The notes: a model not told the origin generated them from the sequence alone. A DNA stretch of 64,000 nt from Octopus sinensis (GCF_006345805.1 NC_043013.1:26846001-26910000), one strand, 5' to 3'. Shown: positions 24,861 through 37,096, counted from the stretch's first letter. Made by a program: numbers and translations.

Positions 24861-25558
24861 TTTGATGAAAATTCTCAAAACGACACTGTTATAGAGAAGC
24901 ATCTTCACTCGATGAAAAAGGTTCAAAAGCATGGAGCATGGGCTCTGCATACTTTAAGTGACGACAGCAAAAATCAACGAGCCACAATCTCTGCTGGTTT
25001 GCTTGCTCGTCACCGCTCAACTCATGGACACAAGCAACGATTTCTTTAACGAATCATTACTGGCGACAAAAAACGGTACCTGTACATCAACATGCAGCAG
25101 CGTCAGGAATGGCTTAGACCAGGTAAACAAGCAACACCGCATGTAAAACAAGATCTTCATCCGCGTAAAACAATGGTGTGCTTATGGTGGGACTGGGAAG
25201 GGATTATCCATTACAAATTGCTTGAATGGAATGAAACGGTCAACGCGGAGCTCTGTGTTCAAAAGATGGAATGACTCAATACAGCTATTCAAGAGAAAAG
25301 ACCTAATCAGCAGCATAGAGTTCTTCTACTGCACGACAACGCCCGCCCTCATATTGCCAATATGACCAAGGAAGCCATTCAAACGCATGGCTGGCAAATG
25401 CTGTCACACCTGCTGTGCTCTCCTGATTTGGCACCCATGGATTTCAACCTCTTTTTGATCTCTTTCAAATGCTATGCGCAGAGTTTTGCTCATTACTGAT
25501 GCAGAATTGAGAGCTTGAATGGAATAATTTTTCGAGTCAAAATCGGGTGAATTCTACC
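24860..25558 (+). mobile_element. Internal mariner (DD34D) fragment, same family as 5969-7254
   Basis: GAWALHTL, RIITGDKK, MVCLWWDWEG, HDNARPH, SPDLAPMDF; 34 residues between the Asp residues; no TIRs. Confidence 0.92.
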
Positions 25559-25564
25559 ATATAT

Positions 25565-25730
25565 GTATACAACTTCTTTCAGTTTCCATCTATCAAATCC
25601 ACTCACAAGGCTTTGGTCAGCCCAATGCTATAGTAGATGACACTTGCCCAAGCTGCCACACAGTAGGACTGAACCCAGAACCATATGGTTAGTAAGCAAG
25701 CTACTCACCACACAGCCACTCCTGCACCTG
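25565..25730 (-). mobile_element. SINE-A/C head only
   Basis: Reverse complement of GGAGTGGCTGTGTGGTGAG...GAAACTGAAAGAAG. Confidence 0.85.
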
Positions 25731-25997
25731 TATATATATATATATCATCATCATCATTTAACGTCCGCTTTCCATATATATATAATTGAAAAATAATTTA
25801 CAATTTACAATTTTCTACTAAATTCAGGCTTCGGCAGACAGAGAATGTTCTTGAAGTTGAGGATTTTTAACTTACAGAGACAATATTTACATGTCACCTG
25901 AGGAAACACAACTAGATTTTATAATGCAGGGAAGTGGTTGTTTAATCAAGTACCTGCATGGCTCAAGAACTACATTGCATGGAAACAATTGTAGTGA

Positions 25998-26213
25998 TTC
26001 GTTTCTACTCTAGGCACAAGGCCCGAAATTTGGGGGGAGAGGGTTAGTCAATCAGAACAACCCCAGTACACAACCAGTACTTAATTTATCAAGCCCGAAA
26101 GGATGAAAGGCAAAGTCAACCTTAGCTGACTTTGAACTCAGAACATAAAGACAGATGAAATACCTCTCAGCATTTTGCTCGGTGTGCTAATGTTTCTGTC
26201 AGCTCACCACCTT
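25998..26213 (-). mobile_element. SINE-B
   Basis: Reverse complement of the 1-203 family. Confidence 0.85.
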
Positions 26214-26892
26214 CTAATAATTGTAGTGATTAAAAAATAAATGTCTGACTGTACTCCCTTTTCTCGACTGCAGTTTTTTCAATTATCCATTCACACACGA
26301 CAGGTACCCAAATGCAAACTTGGAAGTACGTAAAATACTACTTCTAGATAGCACAGGGTGAAATCTAAAGGTGGACAAGCTTTATACTGTACTCTACTAT
26401 GTTCTTAACAGAATATGCCATAACTCTGTGTGTGTGTGTGTGTGTGTGTATGTGTGTGTGTATACGTATACATATGCTAAGTCTTAAACTCAATAATTAA
26501 GTCCTCTATGGAAACACCACAAGCAGTAGAACACAAGAGTGGCCAAATTCAAACAATAAAACAGGAATCTGTACCTTTTCCCCTTCCTAACAGACATCAG
26601 AAGAGTACAACCAAGCTATCTACTGGTCAAATCTTTGATTTCTTCATAAGTCACATGACATACAAGTTAAATCCAGCCTTCACCATAAACGTTAAATACT
26701 GAAAATAAACAGTGAAATGTCTAAATGTTGATCTCTAATAATATTCTTTCAGTTTAGTTCCAGATTATTTTTTATCCAACTTCTCTCTCCTCTTCACCAT
26801 TCTGTTACACTGGAATATTTATATCCTTCACCTTCCTTAATCTTATTGATTTGTTTTCTAAAAGAAGTATTCTTTCAAATTTGACCCTTTCT

Positions 26893-27045
<153 letters not shown>

Positions 27046-27149
27046 CCGCCTTTTACAAATATCTTCATTGTTACTCTTACTTATGATGAAAACCTAGGTC
27101 AAATTTTCAGAATGTTGGACCAAATGTTTAGTGACATTTCTTTCAGTTT

Positions 27150-28024
27150 TACATTCTGAATTCAAATTTCACCAGGGTTCACTTTGCCTTTCCTTCTTTT
27201 CAGGATTGATAAAATAAGGACCACTTGAATGCTGGGGGGAGTGAGGTAGATGTGATCAACTTAACCCTTCCCCAGAAATTGCTGAATTTGTGCTAAAATC
27301 TGAAACCAATATTTTAAATGAGTATTTTTCTGTTCGGCAGAGGGAGAACCTAAGCTTTTTAACAGCAACAGAATAATGAAGCTTGAAAAAGCTATTTTAG
27401 CCATTCAGACCGTCTGTTTTTTCTTCATCTTATTTGTTTTAATCATTCAACTGCAGTCATGCTGGGGTATGGCCTTAACTCTTTAGAATTTTGTCTGCCT
27501 TGTTCTGAGTTCAAATTCTGCCAAGATTGACTTAGCCTTTCATCCTTTTGGGGTTGATAAATTAAGTACCAGTTACGCACTGGGGTAAATGTAATCGACT
27601 TAATACCTTTGTCTGTCTTTGTTTGTCCCCTCTATGTTTAGCCCCTTGTGGGCAATAAAGAAAGAAGGTCGACTTAGCCTATCATCCTTTTGAGGTTGAT
27701 AAAAAAGAGTACAAGTCAAGTACTGGGGTTAATTGTATCAACTCCAGTTCCTTAAAATTATTGTCCTTGAACCTAAATTTAGAAGCAATTAATATCATTA
27801 ATACTGTTAGGGATAGTTCATTAGCAGAATCATCACAGTATTGCAAAAAATACTTTATTCTGTATCTTCTGGTTCTTTATGTTCTGAGTTCAAATCCCAA
27901 GATCAACTTTGCCTTGCATTCTTTCAGGGTCAATGAAATAAAGTACCACTGAAGTACTTGAAATAACAGTATTGACTAACCCCTGTCCTTAAATAGTGCT
28001 GACCTCGTGCCTAAATTAGAAACA
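27150..28024 (+). mobile_element. Cluster of SINE-B copies and fragments (27150-27315, 27478-27790, 27828-28024)
   Basis: Repeated GTTCTGAGTTCAAAT...GCCTTTCATCC blocks; the last copy ends in an ATT tail. Confidence 0.8.
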
Positions 28025-28635
28025 ATTATTATTGTTGTTGTTGTTGTTGTTATTCAGTAGTCTTATTTTTATAATGTGCTTTCACTTCACTACTGAGTGC
28101 AGCTCTGTGTGCCTTGGATATGTGCTGTGGTTTGCTGTGATGCTCTTATGGTTACTGTACTGAAAGTGTTTTAAGTAGGATGTGTGCAGTGCTTAGTAGT
28201 GATATTTTCTGTATATAATATATACTTTAAGTCCTGGTGTTTTCGTTATGTATTTGTCTAAATATTTTTTATCATACTTAATGTGCCTACTATGATAGAA
28301 ATTGTTTCTGTTTTTAGACTCCACATTCAAGTTACCTCTATTTCCAGGTCTTTGTATTTTGAAAGTTTCTCCATTTCTTTTAGAGAAACATTGTCATCTG
28401 TTGGTATTGATACATCAATTAGAAAGCATTTTTTTTTTTCGTTGATCATCTCTGACAACTATATCTGGCCTATTGGCCTTAATTTCTCTATCTGAGTGTA
28501 TTGGAATAAACCATAGTATTGTTGCTTTCTGATTTTTTGTGACCTTTTCTGGTGTGTGCCTATACCATCTTTTTTCTGTTGTTATTCCATAGTGTTGGCA
28601 TAACTTCCAGTGTATGTAGGTCCCAACTCTATTAT
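28025..28635 (-). mobile_element. 5'-truncated R4/Dong-like non-LTR retrotransposon (RLE domain)
   Basis: IHWKLCQHYG...KANRPDIVV...CFLIDVSIPTDDNVSLKEMEKLSKYKDLEIEV matches the PD-(D/E)xK restriction-like endonuclease; (AAT/AAC)n on both sides. Confidence 0.85.
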
Positions 28636-28750
28636 TAATATTATTATTGTTGTTGTTGTTGTCATCATCATAATCATCATCATCACCACCACTGCCGCCG
28701 CCACCGCCACCGCCACTGCCGCCACCACCATCATCATCATTATTATTATT

Positions 28751-29185
28751 AGGGTGATCAACTGGCAGAAACATTAGCACGCAGGGTGAAATGTCTAGTG
28801 GCATTTTGTCTGCCACTATCTTCTGAGTTCAAGTTCTGCCAAGGTCCACTTTGCTTTCTATCCTTTCAGGGTCGACAAATTAAGTACCAGTGAGACACTG
28901 GGGTCAATGTAAATGATTAGTCCCCTCCCCACAAATTTGAGGCCTTGTGCCTCCAATAGAAAGGATTATTATTGTCATTATTGCTGAGGCGGTGAGCTGG
29001 GAAAAATGTTTAGTGGTCATTCATCCATCTTTATGTTCTGAGTTCAAATGTCACTAAGGTCAACTTTGCCTTTACTCTTTTCAGGGTTGATAAAATAAGT
29101 ACCAACAGCGAGCACTGGGTCAATGTAAGCAACTGAACCCATTCCCCTAAAAGTACTGGCTCTGTACCTATACTAGAAAGAATTA
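28751..29185 (+). mobile_element. Two tandem SINE-B copies (28751-28975, 28986-29185)
   Basis: Heads GGGTGATCAACTGGCAGAA and GGCGGTGAGCTGGG; ATT tails. Confidence 0.85.
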
Positions 29186-29668
29186 TTATTATTTCTTTTT
29201 ATTACAGGTTTTGTTGGAACTCCTGGAGTCATGAATGCTAGTGGCTTTACTACCTGCAGCCTACAGTACCATGCTGTCTATTCTCTTCACCTATCTAATA
29301 CTTCCCTGATTATTCTGGCCATGCCAAGGAGGCAAACCTTTTGCAACAGCTCTACTGGGAACTCTCTTCCAATTTCCTTTATATTCCCCTTGCTGCCTTC
29401 TGATGACTATCTTCACCTTCATTTTCCATAGCCAAGCTATTTCGTACTTAAGAGGGTTGTATTTATATATTTTCGCTTTCCTTCTTGACTATTCGTGAGT
29501 CAAAGGGGCATGTAATGTCAACTATATAGCATATATGGTGCACCTTGTCAACCACCACTAGGTCCAGTCTATTATGCTCTAGCACCTGATCTGTGTGGAT
29601 TGGGAAATCCCAGAGGATTTTGCTAGTCTCTGACTCCACCGCTCTTGTACCTATAATAGAAAGAATGA
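29185..29668 (-). mobile_element. Second R4/Dong-like RLE fragment (different subfamily)
   Basis: KILWDFPIHTDQVLEHNRLDLVVVDKVHHICYIVDITCPFDSRIVKKESE; (AAT)n at both ends. Confidence 0.82.
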
Positions 29669-29669
29669 T

Positions 29670-29673
29670 TATT

Positions 29674-29741
<68 letters not shown>

Positions 29742-29793
29742 CATCATCATCATTATTATTATTATTATTATTATTATCATTATTATTATCATT
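29670..29793. repeat. (ATT)n microsatellite
   Basis: Directly visible. Confidence 0.97.
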
Positions 29794-30348
29794 GAGTGAG
29801 AGAGCAGTGCATGCCATCAAAGTGACACTGGGGTAAAATATACGAAGCCCAATATACCCATCATGACTACCCGTCTGATAAAGGTACACCAGGCACATGC
29901 TTCACAACCATATGTGTGCGACATGGTGATCTCATATCAAGATAAACAGCACATGACCTTGCAGGTGGGACCCAGTTAGAATTTTCTTCAGGTTGAGTAG
30001 CCCATCCCGCTCAAAAGGTCTCTGAATAAGGGTTGTTTAAGGATGTTGAAAGAACCACCCATGTTTCCAGAGGTGAATTATTCAAACCCCAAAGAATCCC
30101 CCCCAACACATGGCCATGATGCTCCCCCACTACTTCTGCTCGTGATCAGAGATGCACATATCGTCAGCCACTAAGGGACATGCTCAACTGGTTAAGGTCA
30201 ACAACTGACAAGCAAATCTGTGGTATTGAGCAGAATATTTGCTGTAGCCCATCTTTTATACCAAGACAAAACAATGTACATGATAACACTTCCAATCAGT
30301 TAAGATCAGAAGCCATGAGAGCCACTGCCTGGTACTGCATCAGGGCAT
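29794..30348 (-). mobile_element. Non-coding element of about 550 bp flanked by (TAA)n, copy 1
   Basis: Near-identical to the reverse complement of 38490-39018; no ORF and no TIRs. Confidence 0.85.
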
Positions 30349-30349
30349 T

Positions 30350-30378
30350 TATTATCCTTATTATTATCATTATTATTA

Positions 30379-30448
<70 letters not shown>

Positions 30449-30470
30449 TATTATTGTTGTTGTTGTTGTT
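30350..30470. repeat. (ATT)n/(GTT)n microsatellite
   Basis: Directly visible. Confidence 0.97.
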
Positions 30471-30471
30471 A

Positions 30472-30690
30472 AGGTGGCAAGCTGACAGAATCATTAGAAT
30501 GCCATACAAAATGCTTAGTGGTATTTTGTCTGTCTTTATGATCTGAGTTCAAATTCTGCTTAAGTCAACTTTACCTTTCATCCTTTTGGGCTCGATGAAT
30601 TAAGTACCAGCTGAGTACTGGGGTTGATGTAATCAACCAGTCCCCTCCCACAAAATTTCAGACCTTGTGCATTTAATAGAAGGGAATATT
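30472..30690 (+). mobile_element. SINE-B
   Basis: Head GGTGGCAAGCTGACAGAATC; ATT tail. Confidence 0.85.
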
Positions 30691-31074
30691 ATTGTTGTTA
30701 TTGATTAGGAAGCTACATGTCACAACCAGCAAAAGAGAAAGTATGATGTCTTTACTTAGCTACATCCCTTCAAGTTCTCAGTTCAATTCCTACTGTGGTT
30801 ATCACTTAGTCTTTCATCTTTCCTGGATCAATGAAACAAAGAACCTGTTCAATTCAAAAGGTGAGTTAATTGGTTATACATCACCTGACAAAATTTGTGG
30901 CATTGCACCAAAGGAAGAAATTGTTGTTGTTGTTGTTGTTTGTTGTTAACCAGTGGAATGACAGGAAGAGTAAATCACCAGAACGAATGCTTTACAATAT
31001 TTCGGTTACATCTCCCCATGTTCTCAGTTCAATTCCTCTTGAGGCTGAATTTGCCTTTCATCACTTTATCCTCC

Positions 31075-31445
31075 AACTCCTCTTCATCATCATCACCATC
31101 ACCACTGCCGTTGCCCCCGCCACCACCACCACCACCACACCTCCATCACGATCATCCTTATAATCATCATCATTGGCAGCAGTGTCATCACAGTCATCAC
31201 CACAACCACTATGGCCATCATCACCACCACCACCACCACCACCATCACCACTGCACACCATCGTCATCAACATCGGCATTGTTATCACAGGTCGACGTCA
31301 TCGTTGTCTTCCTCCTCCTCTCCCACGTCATCATCATCATCACCATCATCAGCATCATCAACAGCAGTGTCATCACAGTCATAACCACCACAACCACGAC
31401 CACCACCACCACAACCACTCCTCTTCCCCCGCCCACCCCACTGCC
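31075..31445. repeat. Degenerate (CAT/CAC)n low-complexity tract
   Basis: Source of the His/Pro/Thr-rich ORF 30895-31662. Confidence 0.9.
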
Positions 31446-31949
31446 ATTACCATTGTCCCGATTGGCCAATAAATCATCCTTTACGTTTTTTCTTTTATTC
31501 CTGATACACACAACAAGAAAAAGACTTCATGTTAAACTATTCATAGTCACTTCATCAATGTTCAGTTATGTTTTGTTGTTGTTATTTATATTGTATATTT
31601 TTATTCTGATTTTTCGTTCTTTTTTTATAATTAGTAAATATATTTTGTTTGTATTTGTTTGATGAACTTTTTTTCTTTTTCTTGTTTAACCAAATTGATT
31701 TCTTTTATTCATTTATTGTTCTTTGGTCTACATTGTTCTTCATTCATTTTTTTTTTTTGCCAAAATAACACTGCTATTTTAGATAATACACAACATTGAC
31801 TTACAGTTATTGCTGCAAAGTAATACACCATGAATGGTAAATGTTTTGTGTGTATATATGTGTAGACATCATATACTGCATTATATATACAGTATATAAA
31901 TGCATATATCATCATCATCATCGTCCTCCTTTAATGTTCATTTTCTATA

Positions 31950-32333
31950 TAGGTGCGGGAGCGGCTGTGAGGTAAGTAGCTTGCTTACCAACCACATGGT
32001 TCCGGGTTCAGTCCCACTGCGTGGCATCTTGGGCAAGTGTCTTCTACTATAGCTTCAGGTTGACCAAAGCCTTGTGAGTGGATTTGGTAGACAGAAACTG
32101 AAAGAAGCTTGTCGTATATATACTCTTTACTTGTTTCAGTCATTTGACTGCGGCCATGCTGGAGTACCGCCTTTTGTCGAGCAAATCGACCCCAGGACTT
32201 ATTGTTTGGAAGCCTAGTACTTATTCTATCGGTCCCTTTTGCTGAACTGCTAAGTTACGGGGACGTAAACACACTACCATCGGTCGTCAAGCAATGGTGG
32301 GGAGACAAACACAGACACATAAACATATACACT

Positions 32334-32419
<86 letters not shown>

Positions 32420-33181
32420 CATATATACAATGGACTTCTTTCAGTTTCCATCTACCAAATCCACTCACAAGGCTTTGACCAGCCCAAGGCTATAGTAAAA
32501 GACACTTGCCCAAGGTGCCACACAGTGGGAATGAACCTGCTCACTTTTCCATACTTGCAAGGGTCAGACAGAGTATACAGAGGCAAATTTATTTCACCGA
32601 TGGATGCCCTACCTGTTGCCAACCCTCCCCTGTTCCCAAGCAAGTTACTATTCTCCCATGGTCTGACATACCCTTGCAATATATTGGAAGTGAATGAGAC
32701 AGCTTGTATGACAATGTCAATCACTTACAGCTATCACATGATGTCAAGACAAAGACACACACACATACATATGCACTAGTGTGGCTGTGTGGTAAGAAGC
32801 TTGCTTCCCAACCAAATGGCTCTGGGTTCAATCCCACTGTGTAGCACCTTGGGCAAATGTCTTTTACTATAGCCTTGGGCTGGCCAAAGCTTTTTGAGTG
32901 GATTTGGTAGATGGAAACTGAAAGAAGCCCGTTGTGTATATATATGCAAGTGTGTGTGTGTATGCGTGTGTGTGTGTGTGTATTTTTCCCATATTACTGC
33001 TTGACAACCGGTGTTGGGGTGTTTACATCCCCATAAGTTAGCAGTTTGGCAAAAGAGGCTGATAGAATAAGTACTAGGTTTAAAAAGTAAGTTCTGGGGT
33101 CGATTTGTTACCCTTCATGGTGGTGCTCCAGCATGGCCACGGTCAAATGACTGAAATAAACAAAAGAGTAAAAGAATAAAA

Positions 33182-33185
<4 letters not shown>
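31950..33185. mobile_element. SINE pile-up: SINE-A head (+, 31950-32120), SINE-A (-, 32121-32537), SINE-C tail (-, 32540-32770), SINE-A (+, 32778-33185)
   Basis: Each segment matches family consensus seen elsewhere in the window. Confidence 0.85.
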
Positions 33186-33189
<4 letters not shown>

Positions 33190-33221
<32 letters not shown>

Positions 33222-33340
33222 TTTATTAAAAAAACAGCAAAAATATCACAAAAACTGTTACTCAGAGTTCCACGTTCCCATTCATCAGACAGTTTTGTTC
33301 TAAACAAAACTGTCCAATGAACAGGCCTTTCACTACCATT
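33190..33340 (-). mobile_element. Penelope-like terminal fragment with hammerhead motif and short inverted copy
   Basis: Minus strand reads AAAACTGT-CTGATGA-ATG GGAA CGT-GGAA-CTCTGAG-TA|ACAGTTTT, then AATAAA and (TA)n. Confidence 0.65.
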
Positions 33341-33344
33341 TCAT

Positions 33345-34930
33345 CCGGGTGTTTGGGCAGGGTGGCAAGCTCAAGCATGGGGTGGCCCTAAAGGGCTTCC
33401 TCACCAGTGGGCTGCAACTCTCAGCACATGAGGATGAATGCTATGAAGGACAGATTACACATGCGGAGGTAAAAGAGGTGTTGGTCGAGTGCGCCAGGGC
33501 TGGATGGTCTACCCTATGTGTTTTATCGTAGCATGCCAGACTTGTTCAGGGACCTCCTGGCAGGTGTCTACACAAACTGGCAACAGAGTGAGTTGGGGTG
33601 TGGTGACGCTGATCCAGAAGGACCTGAGTAAGGGGGACAGTATAAGTAATTACAGGCCCATAACTCTACTCAATGTAGCATTAAAGATTTTGGCCAAGGT
33701 GTTAGCAAAAAGTTTGACATGTGTCGTGGATAAGCTTGTAGGGAAGGTGCAGACGTGCGCCATTCCAGGCAGGTTGATCCAGGACAATCTTCACCTTATA
33801 CACTACACCTTAGACAAGGTGGGTAAATTAACAGGCAAAGGTGGGGCACTGATCCATTTAGTCCATTTAGGGTAGACCACCAGTACCTGGCAGTGGTTCT
33901 TGAAGAAGCTGGGCTGGGCCCGGACTTCTGTAGGTGGATCTCCATGCTGTATAAAAGCATCCAATCCACCATTCAGATAAATGGCTACCTGTTGGAGCTG
34001 TTTTCGATCAAGTGCTCAGTTCGTCAAGGATGTCCTCTGTCCTCACTTCTGTACATTTTGGCTCTTGTGCCTTTACTGAGGAAGTTGGAAAATTTGGGAC
34101 ACACCCCCAATGAAATCAGATGCAATAAGTCGGTCTCTGCTTACGCGGATGATGTCATCATCATCGTGTCCAATGAGGTTCAGCTACCTTGTGTAGAGGA
34201 CACTATCAAAGGATATGAGGTGGTGGCAGGAGCAAAAGTTAACAAGGACAAGTCCATTGGCTTGTGACTCGGCACCTGATGGAGCAAGCTGGTATCATCC
34301 AGTGTCATGGGTCACTGGACAGATGGTCCTGTTAAGTTGCTTGGAATTTGGTTTGGACCAGACTCCCAAACGGAGAAGAATAGGAGTGAGATGGCAGACA
34401 GGGTGGAAGCTCTAGTTCAGACTTGGTCCAGATGGGATCTATCCCTGAAAGGAAGGGCAGAGGTGGCACAGGTGTTTATCGCATCTGTAATCACCTACTG
34501 CCTAACCATTGTCCCTTGCCCCGACTCATGGCTAAACAAGTTGGAGCACCTCCTTTTCCGCTTATTGTGGAAGGGAGGAAAGCCACTCATAAGGCGCTCC
34601 ATCTGCTGCCAGGAACCACTAAAGGGTGGGTTAGGGATGCCCTGGCTTATGATGCACAAACATGCGTTGAGGCTGAGAGATCTCTGGTGCTACCTGGAGG
34701 GTGACAAGATGTGGAATCTGCTGGCAGAGGAATTCTTCCCGCAACCAGCCACTTTGGAGAGATTTAAACCCAGTTTTATTAAAAGACATAATCTGACAGA
34801 ATGGCAAAAGGAGTGTCAACAGGCACTCGTGCTGATCCACAAGACGGACAAGGCCGGCAGTGGGAATACCACCTCACTTTTGTATAGATGACTGGTAGAG
34901 TTTAAAAATGATGATGTCCTAGGAGGGGCT
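33345..34930 (+). mobile_element. Tx1/L1-clade LINE ORF2 fragment, decayed, truncated at both ends
   Basis: SNYRPITLLNV, RLIQDNLHLI, VRQGCPLS, SAYADDVII, LSLKGRAEV, KGGLGMP; frameshifts and deletions. Confidence 0.92.
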
Positions 34931-35297
34931 CTGGTCAATCTACAGATAAATTTTGGAATTCAAATGTAGGTGTAGTCCAGGGTTATAAATACATACAGAA
35001 GAACAAGACACTTGATGATAACTGGAGCTCAAACTGATTGGAATGGAGCATCTGAAAAATCATAATCATATTAACCTTCTCAAATGTGTCTAACTTTATC
35101 TTCCACCTGGGTTCCTTTGCAAAAACAAAATAAAATAAATTGTTGCGTACACAGCTTAAAAGTAACGATTGCAAACAAACTAATCAACAGAATCGGTTGC
35201 ATCTTCTTTTTCGACAAATGTTGTTCATTATCATTTTACTACAAATCAGGTAGAAGATATTTAAATTGTTTCCAATATAGCATGAACACAGTGTAAC

Positions 35298-35460
35298 AGC
35301 CATGGCTGTGTAGTTAAGAATTTTGGTTTGAAAACAAGTGACTGCAGATTCAAACCCAATGTGAGGCACTTTGGGAAATTGTTTCTACCTCAGCTTTGAG
35401 ATGACCAAAACTCTGAGAATGAAATTTGGTCGAAGGAAACTGTATGGAAACCTTTCAAAG
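35298..35460 (+). mobile_element. SINE-A/C head
   Basis: GCCATGGCTGTGTAG...GGAAACTG. Confidence 0.7.
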
Positions 35461-35649
35461 ACAATGTCCTTCTTCTGGGATAATGGGCTTATCCTGTCAC
35501 TCAGTTACCTTTAGTGGGTCCCATTCTGTTGCAGGAATTCAGGTCAGGCAAGTTGGAGAATGATTTGTTTCTTTCCATCAGTCTCAGAAGCTTTGAAGAG
35601 GATCATAGCAGGAGGAAGAGGATGCTAATTTTCTTCTTGCAACTAAGTT

Positions 35650-35805
35650 ACAGGTGTGGATGTGTAGTTAAGAAGGTTACTTCCCAGCCATATGGTCTTG
35701 GGTTCAGTTTCACCACATGGTACCTTGAACAAGTGTCTTGTGAATGCCTTGTGAGTGGATTTGGCAGGGAGAAAGTAAAAGAAGTCTGTTGTGTATGCAT
35801 GTATA

Positions 35806-35879
<74 letters not shown>

Positions 35880-35958
35880 TAGATAGATACATACATACAT
35901 ACATACATACCATACATACATACCATACATACATACCATACATACATACATACATACA

Positions 35959-35994
<36 letters not shown>

Positions 35995-36545
35995 TTTACA
36001 TGTGATGGCGCATGGCTTAGTGGTTAGGGTGTTGCACTCCCGATTGTGAGATCTTGGGTTCGATTCCCAGTCCTGGCATCGCATTGTGTTCTTGAGCAAA
36101 GCACTTCATTTAACGTTGTTCTGCGATCATATCGTCATCTGACATGTGGTACAGGTAATGTCAATTTGATGGAAGGAGTGAGCTTATCTGTTCACAAACA
36201 CTTAATCACTATAAACAAACCATCTGTGTAGTTGTTCGACAAAAAATTGCCAAACCCTCATACGTCGTCTAATGATGGGAGAGTCCATGATATATACACA
36301 CACACATGTTTATGTATAAATGTCTGTGTGTACCCTTGTCAAGACATCACTCCACAAGATGGTTGTAAATGTGTACCAAAAGTATACAATTGAGGTTGAT
36401 CTTTTCTAGGCTTCAATTGAAAACATGTCTGGGGAAGTATTACTTTACTTGGTAATTGGGTGAGGGTTGGCAACAGGAAAGGCATCTAGCAGTAGAAAAT
36501 CTGTATCTGTTCTGTCTAACCCATACCAACATGGAAAAGTGGTCC
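35650..36545 (+). mobile_element. Probable SINE-C (SINE-A head plus RTE-type tail) with SINE-D nested at 36005-36290
   Basis: Head 35650-35810, TA/TACA run, SINE-D, then the SINE-C tail module ending ACATGGAAAAGTGG. Confidence 0.7.
36005..36290 (+). mobile_element. SINE-D (tRNA-like head)
   Basis: A-box TGGCTTAGTGG, B-box GGTTCGATTCC, then CTTGAGCAAAGCACTTCATTT. Confidence 0.8.
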
Positions 36546-36549
36546 TTAA

Positions 36550-36762
36550 CCCTTTAGCATTCAGATTATTTTGTCAAATTTAATGTTTATTTATTCGCAT
36601 CATTTTGAATGAATCATGCATTATCTTGCAGCTTTGAGATTTGTGATTGATTATTTTTAGAAGAACATTGTAGGGTAGGTGTGAGGGGTTGCATCCGGCT
36701 GGTTTGAGCATAAAACATGGAGAATATTTAGGTGGGATATGGCCAGTTTCAATGGTAAAGGG
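36550..36762. mobile_element. piggyBac-type MITE
   Basis: TTAA at 36546-36549 and 36763-36766; termini CCCTTTAGCATT and AATGGTAAAGGG; 213 bp, non-coding. Confidence 0.88.
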
Positions 36763-37096
36763 TTAAGTGATGGCAGTGGTGGTGGTGGTGGTGATAATTT
36801 CTTTGCTAGCATGGGTTGGGAAGTTTGATAGGGTACAGCAAGCCATAGATCCACATCAAGCTCCACCGTCAGCTTTGGCATGTTTTCTATGGCTGGATGC
36901 CCTTCCTAATGACAACCACTTTACAGTGTGTACTGAATGCTTTTTCACAGCATCAGCACCAGTGAGGTCACCAAGTAACCTGCAAGACAAAGAAAAAATA
37001 AAAAGGAAAAGGGAAAAGTTCCTTCAATTGAGCAGTAAGTAGTGTAGTTGAGAAAGGAAGAAGGGTGGTGGTTAAAGTATGACAGAGTGATAAAGT

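Noticed and set aside
30160-30170. CTGACGA in the TAA-flanked element as a hammerhead core
   Set aside because: No stem II followed by GAAA and no compatible stems I and III.
30895-31662. 255-aa His/Pro/Thr-rich ORF
   Set aside because: Non-ATG start; spans a decayed SINE-B and CAT/CAC repeats.
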